A DNA stretch of 63,998 bases, the filler included, from Octopus bimaculoides (lineage: Eukaryota): the NCBI RefSeq assembly GCF_001194135.2. It is 3 parts of 3 records of this genome, joined end to end, with 100 filler letters (N's around TTAATTAATTAA, not from the genome) between each part and the next. Parts side by side here need not be neighbours in the genome. Positions count along the whole stretch, not along the records: positions 28,973 to 59,832 come from NC_069002.1; positions 59,933 to 63,998 come from NC_069007.1; 1 more part is not named here. One strand, given 5' to 3'. The notes under the pieces were generated by a model. It searched no databases. It was not told the origin of the DNA and was given only the letters and a program-made list of their open reading frames with translations. Both the position numbers and the translations under genes were made by a program. Position 1 is the stretch's first letter, and every line of letters begins with the position of its first letter. Positions 52,964 through 63,998 of the stretch are shown here, in pieces.

Positions 52964-53006
<43 letters not shown>

Positions 53007-53169
53007 TACATGATGGTTTCTTTCAGTTTCCATCAACCAAATCCACTCACAATGCTTTGGTCAGCCTGAGGCTATATAGTAGAAGACACTTCCCCAAGGT
53101 GCCACGCAGTGGGAGTGGGAAGCAAGCTTCTTATCACACTGCCACACCTGTGCTTATATGTTTTGTATA

Positions 53170-54540
53170 TAGATATAGGCAATTAAGGCAATCCTGTTCC
53201 CTCAGCCTCCCATGTAGACTATAAATTTTTTTAACCAGTACCCTTGAACTAAATCTGGTCCTGGGCCCATCCAATTCAGCATTTCTCCTAACACTTTACT
53301 CATTAATGCACTAGTTAGTCTTAGATCTGGCTACTTCTCACTCACTACTTCTTCATTCACTTTCTTTAACCATACTGTATCTCCATTATGACTGACTGGC
53401 TTATCTCAATACTACTCCAGAACTTTCTAGCTTCTTCTGCATTAGGTTTCTCATCTTCAGTACTTTCTTCACTATTTATTTAATTATAAAATCTCTTCTG
53501 GTCTGTCTCAGAAAAATCTATTCTGTTGATACTGATCTATTCTTTTCTTATATCCAGAAAGCTTACCTGCTACTGCTATGATACGCTGTTTCAACTCTTC
53601 TATGATTGCCCCAAATCCTTTTTCTTTGACTAAGTATGTTTTCTCAAGAGAAGATTTCAGTTTCCAGGCTTCTATTCTACTCAGATCTTGTCTTAAAGTC
53701 TTCACTTTATTTTGTAGTCTCCTTTTCCACATTTGCTCTTTTCTAATCTTTCCTGATGGAATATTTAATCTTCTAGTAACTACTATCTCTCCTGCATAGA
53801 TCAATAAGTTAGTGTCACCTATATTGTTAGTATCTATCCTACTGATAACAGAATCTACTTTCCTAAAGGTGGTGAGCTAGCAGAAACGTTAGCATGCTGG
53901 GTGAAATGCAAAGGGGCATTTCGTCTGTCTTTACGTTCTGAGTTCAAATTCCACCAAGGCCGACTTTGCTTTTCAGGATCGATAAATTAAGTACCAGTTG
54001 CATACTGAGGTCAATCTAACCGACCCCCTCCCCCACAAAAAAAATTCAGGCCTTGTGCCTAGAGTAGAAAAGAATCTACTTTCCTAGTCATTTCTAGAAG
54101 TTTCCTTCTGTTGGTACCTTTTAATGTTGGCAATCTTTTTCTTACTTCTTTACTCATCTAAGATCTTCTGATCTTCCTCACTTAAATTGCTGGTGCCAGT
54201 TGTCCCTTCGTTATTGATAGTGGTTATTATTATTATCATTATTATTATTTGTGAAGAGAGAACAAGAAACAGACAAGCAGAGACACAGTGTTGCTTATAT
54301 ACACCACTTGAAGTATCTTTCCTCCATGCTGCCTGGATTTGCAATGTTTGCAATACTGTTGTACAACTATCCTGGTCCCACATAATCACTTTTTGCATTA
54401 TATTAGGGGATGTATTATTTGAGAAGTAGTAATATAACTTTCATACAATTTTCTGAGGAGAAAGTGACACAACTCATGATCTCTGTAAGTCCTCCTATTG
54501 AAACTGATTCATCTGATCTTCAGTTTGAATGTCTGTTGTA
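53170..54540 (-). mobile_element. Pre-RT region of an R4/Dong-like LINE, degenerate, interrupted by a SINE
   Basis: ORF 53508-53804 (WKRRLQNKVKTLRQDLSRIE...EELKQRIIAVAGKLSGYKKRIDQYQQNRFF) resembles the pre-RT region of this clade as I recall it. Boundaries approximate. Confidence 0.65.
53866..54070 (+). mobile_element. Same SINE family, inserted into the R4/Dong-like relic
   Basis: 16-bp TSD AGAATCTACTTTCCTA at 53850-65 and 54071-86. Confidence 0.88.
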
Positions 54541-54909
54541 AGTCAATGTTTGCAGAAGAGAAAAACAAACCATGAATAAAAAGATTATTGAAAATGTTGG
54601 TGAAGCTAGTGGGGGAAATCTTTGGTGAAGCTGAAATCAGGAGATGCCCGGTTTTAAATGACAAAAAGTAAATATCTGTCCATTTTTAAGCATAAGATTA
54701 AAGCAGGTAGGGTGAAGGTATGATATGGAAAATTTCTTTCATACATATACACAGGCACAAGCGTTGCTGTGTAAGAAGTTTGCTTTCCAACTACATAGTT
54801 TTAGGTTCAACCCCACAGCATGGCACCTTAGGCAAATGCCTATTACCACAGCTCCAGCCTGACTAAAGAGCCTGCTGAGTGGATCTGGAAAATGGAAACT
54901 GAAAGAAGC

Positions 54910-54976
<67 letters not shown>

Positions 54977-55211
54977 CATGTTTCCTTGTCTTCACATTAT
55001 AAAATAGTTGTACATGAATATCACCATTTTACAAACAGTGTCATTCATTCCCAATCTTCTGTAAAAATATGTCCAGCTATAGGAAAATACCACCTCATTT
55101 GGCAACAGGTGAGGGTTGGCAACAGAAAAGGCATCCAACTTTAGAAAAGGGAAAAGTGGATGTTGTGATATTGATGATGCTGATTAAAAAAAGGAGAAAT
55201 AAAATAATTAC

Positions 55212-55405
55212 CTGGCTTGTGATTTCATATTCAACATGTTTTAATATTAAACCTTTCTTTTCAGGCACCAGTTCAACTTTAATGTTTTCGAGGTCATACA
55301 ACTCAGAGTATGTATAATTAAGAATTGTTGGAGACATGTCTCGTCTTAAATGAATGCAGAAAGCTTTCAAATCAGCTAAATCACCGAGTGTGGGTTTGGG
55401 TAGTT
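55212..55405 (-). CDS. SNX8: SNX8 exon (pre-PX segment and PX start); first SNX8 exon found
   Basis: tttcag acceptor, gtaatt donor, 194 nt, phase 1-0. Encodes LPKPTLGDLADLKAFCIHLRRDMSPTILNYTYSELYDLENIKVELVPEKKGLILKHVEYEITSQ; VELxPEKKGLxLKHVEY is characteristic of SNX8. Confidence 0.95.
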
Positions 55406-56666
55406 CTGAAATTGAAAATTGAAAAGATAATAATAATAATCATCTCTATTATAGACACAAGGGCTGAAATTTGGGGGAGGGGAATATATCGACCCCAGTG
55501 TTCAACTGGTACTTAATTTATCGACCCTGAAAGGATGAAAGGCAAAGTTGACCACATCGTAATTTGAACTCAGACCATCAAGATGGACAAAATGCTGGGA
55601 GAGAGGATTAGTCGATTACATCAAACCAGTGCATAACTGGTACTTATTTAATTAATCCTGAATTTGAACTCAGAATGTAGCAACGGCCAAAATACTGCTA
55701 AGCATTTCATCCAACATGCTTACGATTCTGCCAGCTCACTGCAACAAGCTGCATTAAACTGCATCCAGTGATGAGGCTTATGTTTGGGAGTTCTGGATTT
55801 GTGGGGAGGATGAAGTTATCCCTTAATTACCATTACACCCAGGTGTGTTCTGACCTGGAACAGTAGTACCTGTCAGGGTCTGATCATACGTTAACCTTTC
55901 AACATCTTTCATAAAGCAACCACTCTTATTCTCCCCCCTCAGCCAAGGAGTTTATTTAGTTTAGTAAGTTACAAGGCAAATTCACTAGTATTGGTGTCAT
56001 GAAAACATGCACCAAGTACACATGTAAAGCAGTTGGTGTTAGGAAAGACATCAGTTGTAGAAAACATACCAAAATCGACACAGTGGAGCAAGACAGTTCT
56101 CCAGCTTGTTTCCATGCTGGAATGGTTAACCCATGCCAGCATGGAAAGCAGACATAAAAATTATGAAAAATACAATCAGCTCTGGTAGAATTCGAATTCA
56201 GAATACAGAACACTGAAAAGATTTGATTTGCTACTCCATGTTTACTGCAGCTTTACTCATACAATTAATTGATGATTCACCATCTTTCAATGGTAAACTA
56301 ATTGTACCTACGTTGGCCTTATAAAAGCCAACGAGAGACTACTCAGAGAATGTCTAAGTAGTCAAAATTGATTACAGGCCTGTTCAATCAGACTCAGCCT
56401 GAATTAACAGGTCTAACATGTTCTTTTTTAACATGATAAGGTGTGATTTGAAGGAATCTACCTGCTATTTCTAGCAGGTGAAATAACCAGATAGAGGCTC
56501 TCTCATTGGTTCAAGCAGTCTAAGTAATCATAAGTGGATTACAGGACACCACAGACATCTAAAACTGATAAACCATCTGAGAAGATATAATTTTGATGGG
56601 GTCATTTCATGATATTTTGAGGTTTAATGTTGGATAAAGGGTACTAAACCCTTACTGAGATGAATA

Positions 56667-56968
56667 TCATCATCATCATCGTTTAACGTCCGCTTTCCAT
56701 GCTAGCATGGGTTGTACAATTTGACTGAGGACTGGTGAACCAGATGGCTACACCAGGCTCCAATCTGATTTGGCAGAATTTCTACAGCTGGATGCCCTTC
56801 CTAATGTCAACCACTTCGAGAGTGTAGTGGGTGCTTTTACGTGCCATCGGCACGAGGGCCAGTCACACGGCACTGGCAATGGCCATGCTCAAAATGGTGT
56901 ATTTTATGTGCCACCTGCACAGGAGCCAGTCCAGTGGCACTGGCAACGATCTCGCTCGAATGTCTTTA
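56667..56968 (-). mobile_element. RTE-tail repeat family copy
   Basis: Same family in reverse complement. Confidence 0.85.
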
Positions 56969-57453
56969 CACAACATAAATACCAGAAATCCTGATCACAG
57001 TCTTGTATCTTTTACTTGTTTCATTCATTGAATTGCAACCATGCTGGAGCACTACCTTGAAGGGTTATAGTTGAATGAATTGACCCCAATACTTATTTTT
57101 TTTAAGGCTTGTAGTGTTTTCTATCATTCTCTTGTGCTGAACTGTTAAGTTATGGGGATGTAAATAAACCAACAGCAGTTGTCAAGCAATTGTAAAGAAC
57201 AAAGACACACACAACAGGCTTCTTTCAGTTCCCATCTACAAATTCCACTGACAAGACTTTGGGCAGCCCAAAACTACAGAAGACACTTGTCCAAGTAGTT
57301 ATGCAGGGACTGAACCTGGAATGGTTTGGCTGGGAAGCAAGCTTCTTACCAAACTGCCATGCACTGAAAATTTTATATAGGTCTTGGAGGAAGTTAGATA
57401 CAAAAAAAAAAGTTTTGAATGATTAATCTCTATTTTTTTATCAACTGTATCTG

Positions 57454-57486
<33 letters not shown>

Positions 57487-59166
57487 TGTATGCAAAGGTA
57501 TGGTTGCATTGCTAGAAAGTTTGCTTCCCAACCATGTGGTTTCAGGTTCAGTTGCAGTGCATACCTCAGGCAAGTGTCTCCTACAATAGCTCAAACCCAA
57601 CCAAAGCTTTGTGAGTACAATTTGGTAGACATACATACATTCACATATATAGGCGCAGGCATGGCTGTGTGGTAAGAAGTTTGCTTTCCAACCACATGAT
57701 TCCAGGTTGTCTTATTGCATGGCAACTTGGGCAAGTGTCTTCTAATATAGCCTTTGGGCTGACCAAAGGAAAGGTGGATAGGTAGGGAAATGTGCTAGAC
57801 TGAAAAGTATGTGATAGATAATGATATCAATAATTCTACTTTTGGCACAAGGCCAGCAATTTTAGGGGATTACATCACTCTCTAGACTGGTGCTTTATTT
57901 TAACAACCCCAACAGGTTGAAAGACAAAGTTGACCTCAGTGGAATTTGAACTCAGAACACAAAGGGCTGAAATGCTAAGCATTTTGTCTGATGTGTTATC
58001 AATGCTGTCACCTCACCAACTTAATAATAAGCATGTCTACAGTTGCAGCTACCTTATGTGTCCCAAGCTACAACTTCTCTATGCCTGAACAGCTATAGCA
58101 AGCTAGTGACTCTATCATGCAATTATTTTTCACTGATAGAGTTGGCCACACAGATAATTACAACAACCTTTAACTGACCTTGTTAAAGAAAGCCTAATAA
58201 CAAAAAGACAAAATAACTTATACACAACTGCTAAGGAAATCCCTCTGGTATTGCACTGACATATTAAACTTTGAAGCATAAAAGTTCAAAAGATAAGAAA
58301 TGATCACTAAAAGTCAAGAGTTATGAACAAGGAAAAATCAATTTATAAATGGTTTTATTGTTTTCAGTTACATATTTTATTCTATTATCACATCATTAGT
58401 TTTACGACAGTTTTACAATAGGCTTTAAAGATTATTAACAATACAGAGAATATCATTATTACAATAGTGACAGTGTAGAAACTACCTTTGTGGCATTCAG
58501 TTAAAGCTTTGTTTGTTCTGAGTTCAAATCCTATGGAGATCAGTTTTGCTTTTCACCCTTTGGAGGTTAATAAAATAAAGTACCAGTTAAATACACATCA
58601 TGATTTAATTAAGTAACCCTACTTCTTTGAATGTTGCCTTGTGCCTATGAAAGAAATTATAACATAAATTATCACATAATAGATGCAACATAGCTGTGTG
58701 ATTAAGAAGTTTGCTTCCAAACCATGTGGTTTTGGATTCAGTCTTACAGCATGACACCCTGGACAAGTGTCCTACTAAAGCTCTAGGATTACCAAAACCA
58801 TCTGAGGGAATTTGGTAGCTGGAAACTAAAAGAAACTTATCATATATGATACATTTATATATAAATATGTATGTTTACATTTGCATTCTGCAGAAGCTGC
58901 TCATTTCCAATGACACTGCTATTGCTGTTGCTTCATCCGTCAAATCATTTAGTTGTTTTGTGCCTCCAAAATGTGATCTTTTATTTGAAATACAGGTAAG
59001 GTTTACCAAAAAGGAAAACCATAGCTGTCACTAAATATGATTAGGGTGTTAGAAGCACCTACATTGCTAGAAATAAGAGATAAAATGCTCTAATGTTGTA
59101 ATCAAAACAATTGTATACATATATACTGGTAGGGACTATAATCGCCCGAAAACACTGATCAAGAAT

Positions 59167-59216
59167 TCTTTATATTGACGTCAGTTTCAGCAATTTCCAT
59201 TGCCTCGTCATAAGAA
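59167..59216 (-). ncRNA. Degenerate hammerhead motif, same family
   Basis: Minus strand: TTCTTA TGACGA GGCAA TGGAAA TTGCT GAAA CTGA CG TCAA TA TAAAGA. C3 is lost and stem III has a mismatch. Confidence 0.7.
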
Positions 59217-59394
59217 TTTATGGATGATTTAGCAAATCACGAATGTGTATACATAAAATTAATATAGACAGTAGTATGCAATGTTTACCAAAAAGGAAAA
59301 TCGTAATTATGTACACATTAGTGATTTGCTAAATCATCCATAAATTCTTATAGTGATAGAGAATTCAGTCCGGAATCTGCTGAAGTCGAGCCAG

Positions 59395-59445
59395 TCTTTA
59401 CTGATGAGGCAATGAAAATTGCCAAAACTGACATCAGTATAAGGA
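59395..59445 (+). ncRNA. Type I hammerhead motif, same family as 44382-44434, with G12-to-A core substitution
   Basis: TCTTTA CTGATGA GGCAA TGAAAA TTGCC AAAA CTGA CA TCAG TA TAAGGA. All three stems pair; position 59424 is A where G12 is required. Confidence 0.8.
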
Positions 59446-59800
59446 ATTCTCAACTGATGCTTTCGGGCGATTATAGTTCCTACCAGTGTATATATATATA
59501 TATATATATGTACACAATTATGTGCTTTGACTACAGCGTTAGCGTATTTTAGCTCTTATTTCTAGAAATGTAGGTGTTTCTAACATCCTAGTCATATTTA
59601 TATTCTTTAGCTTGTTTCAGTCATTTGACTGTGGCCATGCTGGAGCACCGCCTTTAGTTGATCAAATTTACCCCAGGACTTATTCTTTGTAAACCTAGTA
59701 CTTATTCTATCGATCTCTTAGGCCGAACGACTAAGTTACAGGGATGTAAACACACCAACATCAGTTTTCAAGCAGTGAAGGGGGGACAAACACACACACA

Positions 59801-59832
<32 letters not shown>

Positions 59833-59932
59833 NNNNNNNNNNNNNNNNNNNNNNNNNNNNNNNNNNNNNNNNNNNNTTAATTAATTAANNNNNNNNNNNN
59901 NNNNNNNNNNNNNNNNNNNNNNNNNNNNNNNN
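59833..59932. other. Artificial scaffold spacer N44-TTAATTAATTAA-N44
   Basis: Identical layout to 28873-28972. Confidence 0.9.
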
Positions 59933-61408
59933 GTTGGAATTCAGGTAGAGTAGCCCATCCTACTCAAAAGGTCCCTGAATAAGGTTTGTTTTAAGGATGA
60001 TGAACAAAACACTCATGTTTCCAGAGGTGAATTATTCAAACCCCCAAAGAATTCCTCTCAACACATGGCTATGATGCTCCCCAACTACTTCTGCTCATGA
60101 TCAGAGATGCGCATATCGTCAGCCACCAAGGGACATGCTCAACTGGTTAAGGTCAAGCAACTGACAAGCAAATCTGTGGTATTGAGCAGAATATTTGCTG
60201 TGGCCCATCTTTTTATACCAAGACAAAACAATGTACATGATAATAACACTTGCAATCAATTAAGATCAGAAGCCATGAGAGCCACTGCCTGGGACTGCAT
60301 CAGGGCTATTATTATTAAATAAGTACCAGTTACGCATTGGGGAGGGTCAATGTAATCGACTTAATCCCTTTGTCCTTGTTTGTCCCTTCTATGTTTAGCC
60401 CCCGTGTGGGCAATAAAGACATTGTTATTAAGCGAAGGTGGTGAGCTGGCAGAATCGTTAGCACACTGGACAAAATGCTTCCCAGCATTTTCACTGTCTT
60501 CACATTGTGAGTTCAAATTCCACCAAGGTCAACTCAGCCTCTCTCATTCTTTCAGGATTCATGAAATAAGTTTCAATTGAGCACTGGAATCAATGTGATA
60601 GACTGGCACCGACCCTTACCAATTTCTGGCTTTGTGCCTATAGTAGAAAGGATTTTTATTATTATTATTATTATCATTAATAGACAGCAAGCTGGCAAAA
60701 TGCTGAGCAGCATTCCATCTGTCTGCATGTTCTGAGTTCAAATTCCACTGAGGTTGACTTTGCCTTTCATCCTTTCAGGGGTCAATAAAATAAGGACCAG
60801 TTGCATGACCGGTCGACCATCAAAGTTAAAGCCTTGCTGTATTTCTATGTTTTATTACGTTCTGAGTTTAAATGCTGCCAAGGTGAACTTAGGTTTTCTG
60901 CAGTTGATCTAACAAAGTACCTGCCATCAAGCCATAACATTAATTACCATATTTGACAGCAGAGAAGGTGCAGGGCTGCATTAGGTGCACTCCAACTGCA
61001 GTAAAGGTGTGTGTGGTCGGAGTATTAGGCTCGGGATCATAAAGTCGTTGGTTCAATACCAGGTGGTGCTTTATGTCCTTGAGCAAGACACTTTATTTCA
61101 CATCGCTCCAGTCCACTCAGCAGGCAAAAATGTGTTGTACCTGTAATTACAAAGGGACCGGCTTTGTCACATTTTGCACCACGCTAAATCTCCCCAAGAA
61201 CTACATTGAGTGTCTGTGGAGTGCTCAGCCACTTGCATGTTGATCGGATCAACTGGAACCCTCGTCGTCATAACCGATGGAGTGCTAGGTATTTTACATT
61301 GCTCCGGTTCACTCAGCCGGCAATGGGTAGTACCTGTAATTTCAAAGGGACCAGCCTTGTCACATTCTGCGTCATGCTGAATCTCCCTGAGAACTACGAA
61401 ACAATGTT

Positions 61409-61836
61409 AAAAGGTTCCTGGATCTAATGCTGGGCTGGGAGGCCCAACCATCCAAGTTCTTTCACAGGGCTTAGAAAACCTAAAGGACCACTGCAATAAG
61501 TACATGAATCTGAGAAGGGAATATGTTGAATAAAATCCTAATTAACTGATCCTCCTCTATTTTCTTTTAACCAAAGAACTTTCCAGCACCACCTCATTAT
61601 ATATAAAATATATATATATATATATAGAGGAGTGCTGAAAAGTTCTTGGTTTTAAGAGTTTCACAAAAGGCCTGGTTGGAGGCCCAACCATCCAAGTTCT
61701 TTTACAGGGCTTAGAGAAACTGAAGGACCATTGCAATGAGTGTGAATCTGAGGGGATTTTATGGAATAAAATCATAATTAACTGATCCTCCTGTATTTTC
61801 TTTTACTCAAAGCCTGGAACTTTTGAGAAAATCCTC
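61409..61836 (+). mobile_element. Two tandem internally deleted mariner-type derivatives
   Basis: ~150-bp direct repeat (61437-61593 and 61676-61836). The second copy is bounded by GAGGAGTGCTGAAAAGTTC / GAACTTTTGAGAAAATCCTC next to (TA)n. Confidence 0.55.
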
Positions 61837-61915
<79 letters not shown>

Positions 61916-63998
61916 AGGATTTTCTCATATATATATATTATGGTTTCTTTTCTTTTTTCCATTTACTTTTATCCGTATTTTCCATCCACAATGTCATCAA
62001 ATCATCCAGTCGAGTGAAAGTGATCGGAGATTGTGTTACGAGAGCATCTCATCCATTGAGTTGTTTCCTCTGGATCAGTTCAGATTTTTGTGGATTAACT
62101 TGTTCAATCAGTTCTCCTTGAACTGAAGAAGTCGGCCGGAACGTGGAGAGTTTATCAATGTTCCAAAATATCAGTTTCAAAATCAAAATTATTTTCGTAA
62201 AATCTTCATTATTTTCAAAATTAATCAAAATAAACGCAGCGTATTTCAACAGAAACCAGGTAAGAAAATGATTAACGAGCTTCCTAGAAAATTTGAATTT
62301 GTCATCATTATCATCAATTAGTGTCCACGTCTCCATGGTTGCATAGGTGGGACAGAATTTGTCGGAGCAGGTTTTCTACAGCTGGATGCCCTGCCTGTCA
62401 CCAACTTTCACCCGTTTCCAAAGCAAGGCAGTATTTCCTCATTGGCCAGACATGATTTTGTAGAATTGTGGACATGAATGATACTATACACACATTTACA
62501 ACAGGCTTCTTTCAATTTCCATCTACCAAATCCACTCACAAAGCTTTTATTAGCCTGAAGCTACAGTAGTAAAAAATCATTATATATATAAAACAAATGA
62601 TAAATGAGTATATGCATATATACGTACATGTATGTGCATACCTACATCTACCTATATATATAGGTGCATATCTGGGTACAGGACATTGCAAACAAAACGT
62701 AGACAAAAAAATAATAATAACCAGAGTAAAGAACACACACAGGCCACTTACAGATCATTTTCCTTCATCAGCTGCCACCATTCTAAGACAGGCGTTTCGA
62801 TACACACACACACAACTGGCTTCTTTCAGTTTCTGTCTATTAAATCCACTTACATGGCTTTGATCGGCCCGAGGCTCTAGTAGAAGACACTTATTCAAGT
62901 GTGCTATGCAGTGGGACTGAACCCAGAACCATGTAGTTGGGAAGCAAGCTTTTTTACCACACAATCACACCTATACCTACCATCTCTTATAGAAGTTGAA
63001 GAGCAATTTTAACAGTGTTACAAAACCTCGCATAAAGGCTGTGGAGTGACAGGTTGGCAGAATTATTAGAACACTGGTCAAAGAAATGCTTGGCAGAATT
63101 TCTTCCAATGTTATGTCCCTAAGTTCAGATGCCACCAGAGTCGACTCTGCTTTTCATCCGCTCAGGGTCAGCTAGCAGTGGCCATTGGGTGGGCTGCTAC
63201 ACTGACCAGACTATTGACTAACATTAGTAGGTACTCTTTTGGTGTGTGATCTACTCTGTACATACTTAAGCATTGTACTGAGCGTATTGTAGGATAATAA
63301 TGGGAGACTTATCTGATAGCTTCGAGGTTTCAATGATGTGATTGTTTCTTTTGAGAATGACATTGTAGAGTAGGTGTGAGAGGCGTGATCTAGTCAGTTT
63401 CAACCCACCCACCCNNNNNNNNNNNNNNNNNNNNNNNNNNNNNNNNNNNNNNNNNNNNNNNNNNNNNNNNNNNNNNNNNNNNNNNNNNNNNNNNNNNNNN
63501 NNNNNNNNNNNNNNAAAAAAACTGATAGAATATTTGGGCCAGATATGGTCAGTTTGAATGCCGTAGAGTTAAACACTAGGAAATATTCTCGGAACTATTT
63601 GTAAAGGGTGGCTTTGAAGATCATCAGCCATGAACTCATGATTTCATTGAATGGTACAATCAGAGCATGCAGTGTGGAAACTTTCTAATAACATCTCATG
63701 TGAAGTTGACATGAGGGATTGTGAGATCTGACATCTGTAATGAAGTTAGTCGTGTGTTTGATGAGGATGATGATCGTCGTTTGCAAGGAACGTATAGACA
63801 CAAGCATGGCTGTGTGGTAAGGAGTTTGCTTCCCAACCACATGGCTTGAGTTCAATCCCACTGCATGGCACCTCAAACTTTTTAAAAATTTTTATTACAA
63901 ACCGTTGGCTGTCCAAAGCCTTCGGCATGGACTTAGCAGACGGAAACTGAAAGAAGCCAGTCGCATAGATATAGATGTGTGCGTTTGTATTTGTCCCC

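Larger units (their letters stand above)
59001..59600. repeat. Two divergently oriented copies of the HHR-bearing monomer
   Basis: 59032-59210 and 59401-59600 are imperfect inverted repeats; 59210-59249 and 59312-59351 are near-perfect inverted repeats; GTTTACCAAAAAGGAAAA is directly repeated at 59001 and 59283. Confidence 0.75.

Overview
AT-rich, repeat-dense eukaryotic genomic DNA. The SINE/RTE/microsatellite landscape looks to me like an octopus (coleoid cephalopod) genome; this is recognition, not a database result. Two partial minus-strand genes are recoverable by splice-site and phase analysis. (1) Seven internal exons of sorting nexin 8 (SNX8/Mvp1 family, PX plus part of BAR) lie at 55405 to 30312. 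(2) Four exons of an I-set immunoglobulin-repeat protein (titin/UNC-89/MLCK-like) lie at 24533 to 317. An artificial 100-bp scaffold spacer (N44-TTAATTAATTAA-N44) separates them, so their adjacency is unproven. The introns hold tRNA-derived SINEs, RTE, CR1/L2-like and R4/Dong-like LINE fragments, a near full-length mariner, and hAT and piggyBac-type MITEs. The main finding is a set of type I hammerhead ribozyme (HHR) motifs. A structurally complete one lies on the SNX8 sense strand (44382-44434) inside a ~350-nt tandem, retrozyme-like monomer. Two homologous copies with stem covariation lie at 59.2-59.4 kb. A second, unrelated HHR with a long stem II forms a head-to-head inverted pair at 42.8-43.0 kb. 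Cleavage activity is predicted from structure only.
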